NCBI GenBank assembly: GCA_035473115.1
Contig: DATION010000002.1
Span: 105,368-169,367, forward strand
From: Candidatus Udaeobacter sp.
Lineage (GTDB): Bacteria; Patescibacteriota; Patescibacteriia; Magasanikbacterales; GWA2-37-8
Direction: 5' to 3'
Length of the DNA stretch: 64,000 nt
Shown here: positions 1 through 9,892 of the stretch, one piece after another
Numbering within the stretch: the first letter of the stretch is position 1
How the letters are laid out: each line of letters starts with the position of its first letter
Notes under the pieces: generated by a model
Databases searched by the model: none
Told to the model about the DNA's origin: nothing
What the model saw: the letters and a program-made list of their open reading frames with translations, nothing else
Program-made: the position numbers and the translations under genes

Positions 1-2417
1 TGCTCGGCTAATCTGGCTTGAACTTGTTCCAGCTGCAATTCAACTATATTGGCGATGTTTTTTTCAGTTAAAGAATGGAAAATAATTACATCATCAATAC
101 GATTTAAAAATTCCGGTTTGAAATGTTCACGCAAACCTTCCATAATTTTTTCGCGCATATTTTTTTCGCCGTTTTTATTTTCCGAACCGGCAAAACCAAA
201 TTCGCTTTTTTTGTTCCAATCCAAAATTAAACTGCTGCCAATATTACTGGTCATAATCACGACTGTATTTTTAAAGTTCACAGTTCGGCCTTTGGCATCG
301 GTCACATGGCCGTCATCCAGAATTTGCAACAAAATATTAAAGACATCCGGATGAGCTTTTTCGATTTCATCAAACAGTATTACCGAATAAGGTTTGCGGC
401 GCACGATTTCTGTCAGTTGACCGCCTTCTTCGTAGCCAACATAACCGGGAGGGGAGCCGATAATTTTGGAAGTGGAATGTTTTTCCATATATTCACTCAT
501 GTCTACCCGCACCAAAGCATCTTGAGTATCAAACATAAATTCAGCTAGCGATTTGGCTAATTCGGTTTTGCCTACGCCAGTTGGCCCCAAAAATATAAAT
601 GAACCGATCGGACGGTTAGGCTCGGCAATACCGGCGCGAGAACGGCGGATAGCGTTGGCTACAGCTTTGACCGCTTCTTCTTGACCAACTACTCGTTTGG
701 CCAGTTCGCTTTCCATATTAACCAATTTGTCGGCTTCGCCAAGCAGCATTTTGTAAACCGGAATACCAGTCCAGCGCGAAACTACTCTGGCAATATCTTG
801 ATCTGTAACTTCTTCTTTCAGAATGCCGCTGCTTTTTTGCAGTTCAATTAATTTTTTCTCTTCCTGACGGATTTCCGCTTCTAAGTTTGGGATTTTTCCA
901 TATCTAATCTCGGCCACTTTTTGCAAGTCACCCTTTCTTTCTTCAATTTCCGCTTTTTGGCGGATTTCTTCAATTTCTTTTTTATGTTTATGAATGCCGG
1001 TAATTATTTCTTTTTCATTTCGCCAACGCGCTTCCAGTTCGGTGCTTTTATCTTTCAATTCGGCTAAATCTTTTTCTAATTTTACCAAGCGTTCCTTGGC
1101 TTCTTTGTCTTCTTCTTTTTTTAAAGCGCGTTTTTCAATTTCTAACTTGATCATCGCGCGTTTCATTTTATCCAGTTCATCTGGCATTGAATCTATCTGC
1201 ATGCGCAGAGCCGAAGTGGCTTCGTCGATTAAATCAATTGCTTTATCTGGTAGAAAACGATCGGAAATATAGCGGGTAGACAGATCAACCGCTGCCAAAA
1301 TAGCTGAGTCAGTAATGCGCACACCATGATGCACTTCATATTTTTCTTTAATACCGCGCAAAATTGCTACGGCGTCGTCGCGTGTTGGTTCACTAACCAT
1401 TACCGGTTGGAAACGACGTTCCAAAGCCGCATCTTTTTCAATATATTTTTGGTATTCTTTCAGAGTTGTAGCGCCAATAGCGTGGAGTGTGCCGCGAGCC
1501 AGCGCCGGTTTGAGCATATTAGAAGCATCCATTGAGCCTTCGGAAGATCCGGCGCCAACAATGATATGCAATTCATCAATAAATAAAATTATTTTGCCGG
1601 CTGATTCATCAATTTCTTTTAAAACAGCTTTTAAACGATCTTCAAATTCACCGCGGAATTTTGTGCCAGCCAGTAGGGAACCGATATCCAAAGAAATAAC
1701 CTGTTTATTTTTTAAAGATTCAGGCACATCGCCATTAACGATTCTTTGCGCCAAACCTTCGGCAATAGCTGTTTTGCCAGTGCCGGGTTCGCCGATAAGC
1801 ACCGGATTATTTTTGGTGCGGCGAGTCAAAATTTGCATCACGCGGCGAATTTCATCATCTCGGCCAATAACCGGATCAAGTTTTTCTTTAAATGCCAGGT
1901 CGGTTAAGTTTTTGCCGTATTTTTCTAAAACGTTATATTTGCTTTCTGGTTCTGGGCTGTCTACTTTTTGCGTACCGCGAATTCCAGCTAGGATTTTTAA
2001 AGTTTCGTCATAGTTTACATTGTTTAAAGCCAGAAGTTCGGCAATAGGATTATGTCCGGTAAAAAATGCTAAAAACAGATGTTCAACGCTAATATATTCA
2101 TCTCCCATTTTTTTAGCTTCGCCAACGGCAATTTGAAAAATATAGAGCATGCTTTGACTAAGCAAAATTTGGCCAATGCCGCCGGTTGGCACAGAATTTT
2201 TAGGAAGTTTGTCTATCAAAGACTGGGCGCCAGCTTTTAAGCCAATAATATTTACATTAAACTTGCGTAAAATAGAAACTACTACGCCTTCGGTGTCTTC
2301 AAGCAAAGCAAAAAACAGATGAGGCGGTTCTATCTGGCCATGGCCATTTTCATAGGCAATTTTGGCCGCATTTTGAATAATTTCTTGGGATTTGTTGGTA
2401 AAATTTTGGGGGATCAT
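1..2417 (-). CDS. clpB: ClpB AAA+ disaggregase (3' end runs off the window)
   Basis: Absent from the ORF track; translated by hand from ATG 2417 as [14 protein letters not shown]. Contains [13 protein letters not shown], Walker [23 protein letters not shown], a coiled-coil middle domain and a second Walker [10 protein letters not shown]. Confidence 0.95.
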   Translation of the reverse strand, partial: MIPQNFTNKSQEIIQNAAKIAYENGHGQIEPPHLFFALLEDTEGVVVSILRKFNVNIIGLKAGAQSLIDKLPKNSVPTGGIGQILLSQSMLYIFQIAVGEAKKMGDEYISVEHLFLAFFTGHNPIAELLALNNVNYDETLKILAGIRGTQKVDSPEPESKYNVLEKYGKNLTDLAFKEKLDPVIGRDDEIRRVMQILTRRTKNNPVLIGEPGTGKTAIAEGLAQRIVNGDVPESLKNKQVISLDIGSLLAGTKFRGEFEDRLKAVLKEIDESAGKIILFIDELHIIVGAGSSEGSMDASNMLKPALARGTLHAIGATTLKEYQKYIEKDAALERRFQPVMVSEPTRDDAVAILRGIKEKYEVHHGVRITDSAILAAVDLSTRYISDRFLPDKAIDLIDEATSALRMQIDSMPDELDKMKRAMIKLEIEKRALKKEEDKEAKERLVKLEKDLAELKDKSTELEARWRNEKEIITGIHKHKKEIEEIRQKAEIEERKGDLQKVAEIRYGKIPNLEAEIRQEEKKLIELQKSSGILKEEVTDQDIARVVSRWTGIPVYKMLLGEADKLVNMESELAKRVVGQEEAVKAVANAIRRSRAGIAEPNRPIGSFIFLGPTGVGKTELAKSLAEFMFDTQDALVRVDMSEYMEKHSTSKIIGSPPGYVGYEEGGQLTEIVRRKPYSVILFDEIEKAHPDVFNILLQILDDGHVTDAKGRTVNFKNTVVIMTSNIGSSLILDWNKKSEFGFAGSENKNGEKNMREKIMEGLREHFKPEFLNRIDDVIIFHSLTEKNIANIVELQLEQVQARLAE

Positions 2418-2439
2418 AATTTATTAATTAAGTATATTT

Positions 2440-2466
2440 TTATCACTCTACTATATTGAGTGATAA
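2440..2466. promoter_or_regulatory. CIRCE-like operator (HrcA site) upstream of clpB
   Basis: TTATCACTC-N9-GAGTGATAA versus canonical TTAGCACTC-N9-GAGTGCTAA; lies between the promoter and the clpB start codon. Confidence 0.8.
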
Positions 2467-2467
2467 T

Positions 2468-2495
2468 ACTATACCATCTTGTTAAACTATGTCAA
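2468..2495 (-). promoter_or_regulatory. sigma70 promoter of clpB
   Basis: Minus strand TTGACA-16-TATAGT with a TG extension. Confidence 0.7.
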
Positions 2496-2602
2496 GTTAG
2501 AAGCGGAGTTTTGCAATTACATCGGGCTTCAAAAGGGTAAAAAAGATTCTTTTCCTCTTTGACTTAGCCCTATTAATTATGGTACTATCTTAGCATAATT
2601 TT

Positions 2603-3304
2603 ATGTCAAATACTAACAAAAACGTCATTCCAGCACATGTGGCTATTATCTTGGACGGCAATCGGCGCTGGGCTAAGGCAAAGGGTTTGCCAGTTTTTTT
2701 TGGCCATAAAAAAGGCATGGAAAATGCCAAAAAAATTGTTTTATATGCCCAAAAAATAGGGGTAAAAATAATTACGATGTATGGATTTTCAACCGAAAAT
2801 TGGTCTCGTTCCGAAAAAGAGGTTGGTTATTTAATGAAATTATTTGAGAATTATATCGATAAATTTATTGATGAATATAAGAAAAAAGGCGTTCAGTTTA
2901 GACATGTTGGTTCAATGAAAGAATTGCCGATATCTTTGCAGAAAAAAATAACTAACGCGATTGAGTTAACAAAAAATAATCAAGGCATTATTGCAAATTT
3001 GGCTTTGAATTATGGCGGACGAGATGAAATTAAACGAACCGTGCAGAAATTGGTTGAAAAAAATGTAAAAGCCAGCAATATTACTTTGGATTTGATTAAT
3101 AAAAATTTAGACACAGCTGGTTTGCCTGATCCGGATCTGATTATTCGTACTTCCGGTGAACAGAGAACTTCTGGGTTTTTGCTTTGGCAGGGCGCATATA
3201 GTGAATTATATTTTCCAAAAGTTAATTGGCCGGATTTTGATGAAAAAGAATTGGATAAAGCTGTTGCAGAATTTAATAAACGGCAGAGAAGATTTGGGAA
3301 GTAA
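2603..3304 (+). CDS. uppS: Undecaprenyl diphosphate synthase (cis-prenyltransferase)
   Basis: HVAIILDGNRRWA, FSTENW, NYGGR and IRTSGEQRTSGFLLWQ motifs. Confidence 0.95.
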   Translation: MSNTNKNVIPAHVAIILDGNRRWAKAKGLPVFFGHKKGMENAKKIVLYAQKIGVKIITMYGFSTENWSRSEKEVGYLMKLFENYIDKFIDEYKKKGVQFRHVGSMKELPISLQKKITNAIELTKNNQGIIANLALNYGGRDEIKRTVQKLVEKNVKASNITLDLINKNLDTAGLPDPDLIIRTSGEQRTSGFLLWQGAYSELYFPKVNWPDFDEKELDKAVAEFNKRQRRFGK

Positions 3305-3307
3305 ATT

Positions 3308-4027
3308 ATGGATTTTTTAAGTATAAAAATTGATGAAATTACTAAAGAACAGGCTTTACAAAAAGTGTCTGAATTTTTAAGTTCATCTAACCAGTATAAA
3401 ATTTTTACTCCCAACCCGGAATTTGTTGTCAAAGCGCAAAAAGATGAATATTTTAAAAAAGTTTTAAATTCCGGTGATTTGAATTTATGTGATGGAATGG
3501 GTTTGCGGATTTTTACCGGAATTAAAAGAATCCCCGGCGTGGATTTTATGCTTGAAGTTTGCAAACTGGCCGAAGAACAGGGGAAAGGTATTTATTTGTT
3601 AGGTTCTGGTAATGATGAAGTAGTAAGGCAAGCGTGCGAGCAATTGAACAAAAATTTTCCTAATTTAAAAATTTCTGGTTATAACAAGGGCCCGGAATTA
3701 GATGAAAATTCTGTTGGAAAGTTTGATAATTATATTTTTGAAGAAATTAACAAAACAGGCGCTGAAGTTTTATTTGTGGCGTTTGGCATGGGTAAGCAAG
3801 AAAAATGGATTTATGAAAATCTGAGCAAAATGCCAAGTGTAAAAATAGCCATGGGTGTGGGCGGGTCATTTGAATTTATCTCTGGAAAAATTAAGCGTGC
3901 CCCTTTATTTATGCGTCAGCTTGGATTAGAATGGGTGTATCGGTTAGCTCAACAACCACAACGAATTGGACGGATTTTTAATGCGACGATAAAATTTACT
4001 TGGTTAGCAATTTTTAAAAATATATGA
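3308..4027 (+). CDS. WecB/TagA/CpsF family glycosyltransferase
   Basis: TPNPE, GMGKQEKW, GVGGSF and RAP..M..LGLEW.YRL..QP.R motifs. Confidence 0.9.
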   Translation: MDFLSIKIDEITKEQALQKVSEFLSSSNQYKIFTPNPEFVVKAQKDEYFKKVLNSGDLNLCDGMGLRIFTGIKRIPGVDFMLEVCKLAEEQGKGIYLLGSGNDEVVRQACEQLNKNFPNLKISGYNKGPELDENSVGKFDNYIFEEINKTGAEVLFVAFGMGKQEKWIYENLSKMPSVKIAMGVGGSFEFISGKIKRAPLFMRQLGLEWVYRLAQQPQRIGRIFNATIKFTWLAIFKNI

Positions 4028-5493
4028 TCAAAACCCGTTTCGCTCCCAGCCCGACAGGCTATCTCCATGTTGGCGGACTGCGCACAGCTCTATATTCTTA
4101 TTTATTTGCCAAAAAGAATGATGGTAAATTTTTGCTGCGTATAGAAGACACTGATCGCGAACGATATGTGGCCGATGGCGTAAAAAATATTTTGGAATCT
4201 TTATTTTGGGCTGGTATTGTGCCTGACGAAGGTGTAATTCAGGAAGAAAGTGGAAAAATCGGCGAAGTTGGAAAAAATGGTCCATATACTCAATCTGAAC
4301 GCTTGCCTATTTATAAAAAATATTCCGAACAACTTTTGAGCGAAGGTCATGCTTATTATTGTTTTTGCACATCCGAAAGATTAACTCAGCTGCGTGAACA
4401 GCAAACTGCCAGAAAAATGCCCACTGGTTATGATGGGCTTTGTTTAAAAATTGATCCAACCGAAGCAAAAACCAGAGCCGAAGCCGGAGAAAAATGTGTT
4501 GTTCGTTTAAAAATGCCAAAAAGCGGTGAAACAGTTTTTACTGATATGATTCGCGGTGAAGTTCGGTTTAAAAATGAATTAGTTGATGATCAGGTATTAA
4601 TGAAATCCGATGGCTACCCAACTTATCATTTTGCGGTAGTGGTAGATGATCATTTAATGGAAATTACTCATATTATTCGCGGTGAAGAATGGATTAGCAG
4701 CGTGCCAAAACATTTACAGATTTATAAATATTTTAGTTGGGAAGTGCCGCAAATGGCGCATTTGCCTTTGTTGCTTAATCCGGATAAATCCAAACTCAGC
4801 AAACGTCAGGGAGACGTGGCCGTAGAAGATTATAGAAAAAAAGGCTATCTGCCAGAAGCTCTACTTAATTTTGTGGCTTTTTTGGGTTGGAATCCAGGTA
4901 CGGAAAAAGAAATTTATTCTTTGGAGGAATTAGTTCAGGATTTTGATTTTTCTAAAGTTGGAAAAACCGGAGCAGTATTTAATATAGAAAAACTGGATTG
5001 GTACAATAAACAATATATTAAAAATTTATCTAATAAAGAATTGGTAGAAAAAGCTAAGTCATGGCTGCAAGAAACGGGAATTGATGTAAAGTCTGAAATT
5101 ATTGAAAAAGCTGTCAGTTTGGAAAGAGAAAGAATTACAACCTTGTCAGAATTACCAGAAGCCATTAAATTTGTATTTGAATTGCCGAATTATCATTCTG
5201 ATTTATTGGTTTGGAAAAAGAGCGATATTGAAGAAGTAAAGAAAATTTTACCAATTTTTGTAGAATTTGTTGATACAATTGGTATTCAAGATTGGAATAA
5301 AGAAACCCTTAGCCAAAAGATAGGGGAATGGTCCGAACAAAATGGTTTTTCCAGAGGTTCAGTGCTTTGGCCGCTGCGTGTTGCTTTATCCGGTCAAGAA
5401 AATTCTCCAGGCCCATTTGAGATCGCGGAAGTTTTGGGAAAAGAAGAAACTTTAAACAGGCTTCAGTTGGCAGTTAAAAAATTAAGCATCTAG
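4024..5493 (+). CDS. gltX: Glutamate--tRNA ligase
   Basis: RFAPSPTGYLHVG and KLSKR signatures. Confidence 0.97.
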   Translation: MIKTRFAPSPTGYLHVGGLRTALYSYLFAKKNDGKFLLRIEDTDRERYVADGVKNILESLFWAGIVPDEGVIQEESGKIGEVGKNGPYTQSERLPIYKKYSEQLLSEGHAYYCFCTSERLTQLREQQTARKMPTGYDGLCLKIDPTEAKTRAEAGEKCVVRLKMPKSGETVFTDMIRGEVRFKNELVDDQVLMKSDGYPTYHFAVVVDDHLMEITHIIRGEEWISSVPKHLQIYKYFSWEVPQMAHLPLLLNPDKSKLSKRQGDVAVEDYRKKGYLPEALLNFVAFLGWNPGTEKEIYSLEELVQDFDFSKVGKTGAVFNIEKLDWYNKQYIKNLSNKELVEKAKSWLQETGIDVKSEIIEKAVSLERERITTLSELPEAIKFVFELPNYHSDLLVWKKSDIEEVKKILPIFVEFVDTIGIQDWNKETLSQKIGEWSEQNGFSRGSVLWPLRVALSGQENSPGPFEIAEVLGKEETLNRLQLAVKKLSI

Positions 5494-5517
5494 CAAAAAA
5501 TGTGTTATAATATAGCC

Positions 5518-6729
5518 ATGAAAAAAATCATGGCTATATTTTTGGTTATTCTTGTTTTTGGCTTAACGGTCAATCCCATTTTTGCATTAGCGCAAACTCC
5601 TAATTCTGCCGAAATTGAAGAGCTAAATAAACAAATTGAAGCCAAAAAAGATAAAATAAAAGAACTGGAAGAAACCATCAATAAATACAATAAAAACATT
5701 GAGCAAAAACAGACTGAAGCGGTGTCGCTCAAAAACCAATTAAGTATTTTAGACAATCATCTTACCAAAGCCGAAGCGGATCTGGAATTAACTGAAGAAA
5801 AAATAAAACAGGCGCAGCTGCAGATAGATGCTTTGCAACTAAGTATTTCCGACAAAGAAGCGGTTTTGCAAAAACAAAAAGATATTATTATTAAAATAAT
5901 TCAGAACATTAATGCAGATAACCGAAAAAATTATTTGGAAGTGCTTCTTACCAACAACAGTTTTGCTCAATTCTATGACCAATTGCAGTATGCGATGAGC
6001 GTATTTAAAGATTTAGGACAGTCGCTAAAAGTGCTGCGTTTAATAAAAGAAGATCTGGAAGCCAAACAGAATCAAGTTATTAGCGTTAAAAAAACTTATG
6101 AAGATTTAAAAAATGAATTAGATGGCAAACGAGATAAGTTAAAACAGCAAACCAAAGCCAAAGAAATGTTGCTGGTGGAAACCAAATCTTCAGAATTACG
6201 TTACAAAACTTTGCTTTTCAGTTTAAAGCAGCAGTACCAGACAGTTATAAACGAACAGCGTGCCTACGAAGATCAAGTCAGGAAAAAATTAGCGCAGGAA
6301 GATAAATTAGAAACCAGCGTTGGCCAGCTGGCTTGGCCAGTGCCTAGCCGCACAATTAACGCGACTTTTCATGATCCGGATTATCCTTTCCAAAACGTTT
6401 TTCAGCATAGCGGTATAGATATTCGCGCTTCGCAAGGCACACCAGTGCGAGCCGCAGCTTCCGGTTATGTGGCCAGAGCCAAAATTTGCAGCACTGCCAG
6501 CTGTTACGCCTATGTTTTAATCGTTCATACCGGCAGTATTTCAACTTTGTATGGCCATCTTAGTCAGATTAACGTTCAAGGCGATCAGTTTGTAACCAAA
6601 GGCGATATTATCGGTTATTCCGGAGGCAGACCAGGCAGTGTGGGAGCTGGACCATTTGTAACTGGGCCGCATCTGCATTTTGAAGTTCGTTTAAATGGAA
6701 TTCCAGTAGACCCAATGGGTTATTTATAG
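5518..6729 (+). CDS. Secreted coiled-coil M23 peptidase (EnvC/CwlO-like murein hydrolase or activator)
   Basis: Signal peptide from ATG 5518, long coiled coil, then HSGIDI, YGHL and GPHLHFEVR. Confidence 0.85.
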   Translation: MKKIMAIFLVILVFGLTVNPIFALAQTPNSAEIEELNKQIEAKKDKIKELEETINKYNKNIEQKQTEAVSLKNQLSILDNHLTKAEADLELTEEKIKQAQLQIDALQLSISDKEAVLQKQKDIIIKIIQNINADNRKNYLEVLLTNNSFAQFYDQLQYAMSVFKDLGQSLKVLRLIKEDLEAKQNQVISVKKTYEDLKNELDGKRDKLKQQTKAKEMLLVETKSSELRYKTLLFSLKQQYQTVINEQRAYEDQVRKKLAQEDKLETSVGQLAWPVPSRTINATFHDPDYPFQNVFQHSGIDIRASQGTPVRAAASGYVARAKICSTASCYAYVLIVHTGSISTLYGHLSQINVQGDQFVTKGDIIGYSGGRPGSVGAGPFVTGPHLHFEVRLNGIPVDPMGYL

Positions 6730-6758
6730 TAAAATAAGTTCAATCTATTATTAATATT

Positions 6759-7736
6759 ATGAAATTAAAAGTTGCAGTATTAATGGGTGGGCCATCTGCC
6801 GAAAGAGAAGTATCACTTGTTACCGGTAAAGCCATTTTTGATAATTTAAACAGGGAAAAATATTCGCCAACACTGGTGGAAATGAGCAAAGATAATAAAT
6901 TTTTTATTGTCCAAAAAAACAAGAAATCGAAATTTGATTTTTTAAAGTTAGCCAAAACTAAATTTAACATGGTTTTTATTGCTATGCACGGCACACCCGG
7001 TGAAGACGGACAGATCCAAGCTTTGCTGCAAACTTTAGGCATAAAATATACGGGTCCGGAAGTACTATCGAGCGCTCTGGCCATGAACAAAGTTTTTTCC
7101 GCTCAAATTTATGCAGCCAATGGCTTGCCTTATCCGGAATTTATTCATTTTAAGAAAGATGGTTGGAAAAGAAATTCGAATAAAATTATAAACGACATTG
7201 TTGCTAAATTAAGTTTTCCTTTAATAATAAAACCAGTTGACCAAGGTTCAGCTGTCGGTGTCAGCAAAATAAAATCTTCCGCTGAATTAAAAAAAGTAAT
7301 TGATAAAACCATAAAAAAATTCCCTTGGCTAATGGCACAGAAATTTATCAGCGGCCAAGAAGCCACCTGCGGAGTCTTAGAAAGAGACGGAGAGCTTATG
7401 GCTTTGCCGCCAACCCATATTTTGCCAAATTTTGACGAAATTTATGATTATAAATCTAAATATTCCAAAGGCGGTTCCACTCATATCTGTCCAGCAGATT
7501 TTGGAGACACTGTTAACCAACAAATAGAAAATCTAGCTATTGCAGCACATAGAGCGTTAAATTGCCGCGGAATGTCGCGCACAGATATTTTTGTCGGTGA
7601 TGATAAAAATTTATATATTTTAGAAACTAATACTATTCCCGGTATGACACCGACCAGTTTATTTCCAGAAGCCGCAGCCAAAGCGGGAATAAATTTTAGT
7701 AAAATGCTTGATTATGTTATTCAAGCCAGTCTTTAA
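6759..7736 (+). CDS. ddl: D-alanine--D-alanine ligase
   Basis: GGPSAEREVS, HGTPGEDG, YDYKSKY and ETNTIPGMT motifs. Confidence 0.95.
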   Translation: MKLKVAVLMGGPSAEREVSLVTGKAIFDNLNREKYSPTLVEMSKDNKFFIVQKNKKSKFDFLKLAKTKFNMVFIAMHGTPGEDGQIQALLQTLGIKYTGPEVLSSALAMNKVFSAQIYAANGLPYPEFIHFKKDGWKRNSNKIINDIVAKLSFPLIIKPVDQGSAVGVSKIKSSAELKKVIDKTIKKFPWLMAQKFISGQEATCGVLERDGELMALPPTHILPNFDEIYDYKSKYSKGGSTHICPADFGDTVNQQIENLAIAAHRALNCRGMSRTDIFVGDDKNLYILETNTIPGMTPTSLFPEAAAKAGINFSKMLDYVIQASL

Positions 7737-7746
7737 GATTTTTTCT

Positions 7747-9888
7747 ATGAAAAAAACATCTGAAAGAAATTTAAACAAATTTTTTAACCCAAACTCAGTA
7801 GCAATTTTGGGAGCTTCTCGCGACGAAAAAAAACTTGGTCATATTGTTTTAAAAAATATTGTTAATTCCGGTTTTAGAGGAAAAATTTTTCCGGTTAATC
7901 CTAACTCAGAAAATATAATTGGCATTGATTGTTATAAAAATTATAAAGATCTACCAGAATCTCCGGATTTAGCAATCTTGGCTTTGCCGGCAGCTCTGGC
8001 CATTTCTTTGCTAGAAGATATTGCCAAAAAAAACACAAAAAATATTATAATTTTCAGCGCTGGTTTTAAAGAAGCTGGCCCGGAAGGAGAAAAAATGGAA
8101 AATGATCTGCGATTCTTGGCCGAAAAGCTTGGTTTAAATGTTCTTGGTCCAAATTGTTTGGGATTTGCCAGTACTTTAAGCTCTCTAAATGCTACCTTTA
8201 GCAAGGTTGGAGGTGAGAAAGGAAATTTGAGATTTATGTCTCAATCCGGAGCTCTGGCTTCGGCAATTTTTGATTGGGCGCAGGAAAATAATTTTGGATT
8301 TAGCGAATTTATTACTTTGGGCAACAAAGCAGTTTTAAATGAAAATGATATTTTAAAGTATTGGCTTAGCCAGCCAAAACCAAAATTAAACCAAACCGGT
8401 TTATCAAATTATCAGCCAATTGGTTTGTACTTAGAATCAATAAACGCTGGTCGAGAATTTTTAGAACTGGCCTCTAAAGCTTCTCTTAAAGATCCCATTT
8501 TTATTTTAAAGCCAGGCAAATCAAAACACGCTCAGCAAGCTATTCATTCTCATACTGGCTCGATGGCCGGAGACGATGCGGTACAAGATGCAGCCTTTGC
8601 TCAAGCGGGAATAATACGCTGTCAGGGGATAGAAGATATGTTTGATCTGGCCAAAGTTTTTTCTTGGGAAAATGCTCCGCGCGGACCAAAAGTGGCGATA
8701 ATTTCTAATGCCGGCGGACCTGCAGTAATTAGTACTGATGCTTTGGAAGTCGAAGGTTTAGAGTTGGCAGCTTTGAGCCAGAAAACTTTAACTAAATTAA
8801 AAAACAATTTACCAGCCGCTTCTAATATTTTTAATCCGGTTGATGTTTTGGGTGATGCTTTATCTGATCGTTATTATGAAGCTATAAATGATGTTTTGGC
8901 AGAAAAAAATGTTGACGCTTTAGTAGTTATTTTAACTCCGCAAGTAATGACGGAAGCTGAAGTTACTGCGGAGAAAATTGCCGCATTATCTGCCAAATAC
9001 GGCAAACCAGTGGTCTGTTCGTTTATGGGTGGAGAGATGATTGAAGATGGTGAAAAGATTTTGAATAAATACAAAATTCCATCTTTCCGTTTCCCGGAAC
9101 GAGCGGTCAAAGCATTAGCTAAAATGTGGCAATGGCAGAGTGGAATTAAAAAAAGAAGTTTAAAACTTAAAAATTTAAAACCGCTTGCAAAAAATATAAC
9201 TATCAAAATTGATAAATTAGTAAAATCTGCAGAGAAAAATAACAAAGTTTTACCGGCTGCTCAAGCTGATCAGATTTTAAGTTTATCTGGAATCAAAGTT
9301 CCACCAGCAACTAATATCAAAAATTTAATTGAAGCTCAGCAATTTTCTGAGAAAAATAATTGGCCAGTAGTTTTAAAAATTTCTTCTCCGGCTATGCTGC
9401 ATAAGACCGAAGCGGGTGGAGTAATAAAAAATATAAAGAGTAACGAAGATTTGGAAAAAGCTTGGAATAAAATCAGTTCTGTATTTAAAAAACTGCCAAA
9501 TAAAAAAGATTCATCTATTCAAATCCAAAAGCAGGTTGATTCGGGAGTGGAAGTAATAGTCGGCATAAAACATGATGCCAGCTTTGGCAATGTTTTAATG
9601 TTTGGAGCCGGAGGAATTTTGGCCGAGCTGGTATGGGATAGTAATTTAAAAATGTTGCCTGCTGATGAAAATGGAATTAGAGATTTAATATTTAAATCCA
9701 AAGTTTCCAAAGTGTTAAAAGGTTTTAGAAATCAAAAAGTGTACGCTGTAAATAAATTGGTAGATTTGATTGTTAAGTTAAGCAATTTAGCGCAGTCAGT
9801 TCCTTATTTTAGCGAAATCACAATTAACCCAATTATTGTTACCGAAAAAGATGCTTGGGCAGTAGATCCAAGAATTATTTTAAAATAG
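7747..9888 (+). CDS. Acetate--CoA ligase (ADP-forming), fused alpha/beta
   Basis: GPNCLG, SQSGA, SHTGS (phospho-His), NAGGP, NPVDVLGDA, and a C-terminal ATP-grasp with HKTE. Likely start is ATG 7747. Confidence 0.9.
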   Translation: MKKTSERNLNKFFNPNSVAILGASRDEKKLGHIVLKNIVNSGFRGKIFPVNPNSENIIGIDCYKNYKDLPESPDLAILALPAALAISLLEDIAKKNTKNIIIFSAGFKEAGPEGEKMENDLRFLAEKLGLNVLGPNCLGFASTLSSLNATFSKVGGEKGNLRFMSQSGALASAIFDWAQENNFGFSEFITLGNKAVLNENDILKYWLSQPKPKLNQTGLSNYQPIGLYLESINAGREFLELASKASLKDPIFILKPGKSKHAQQAIHSHTGSMAGDDAVQDAAFAQAGIIRCQGIEDMFDLAKVFSWENAPRGPKVAIISNAGGPAVISTDALEVEGLELAALSQKTLTKLKNNLPAASNIFNPVDVLGDALSDRYYEAINDVLAEKNVDALVVILTPQVMTEAEVTAEKIAALSAKYGKPVVCSFMGGEMIEDGEKILNKYKIPSFRFPERAVKALAKMWQWQSGIKKRSLKLKNLKPLAKNITIKIDKLVKSAEKNNKVLPAAQADQILSLSGIKVPPATNIKNLIEAQQFSEKNNWPVVLKISSPAMLHKTEAGGVIKNIKSNEDLEKAWNKISSVFKKLPNKKDSSIQIQKQVDSGVEVIVGIKHDASFGNVLMFGAGGILAELVWDSNLKMLPADENGIRDLIFKSKVSKVLKGFRNQKVYAVNKLVDLIVKLSNLAQSVPYFSEITINPIIVTEKDAWAVDPRIILK

Positions 9889-9892
9889 AACT

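Noticed and set aside
49-2013. Five + strand ORFs in the track (49, 306, 994, 1326, 1489)
   Set aside because: They are antisense shadows of clpB, which the track missed because it runs off the window. The same applies to the many short ORFs nested in or opposite confident genes elsewhere.
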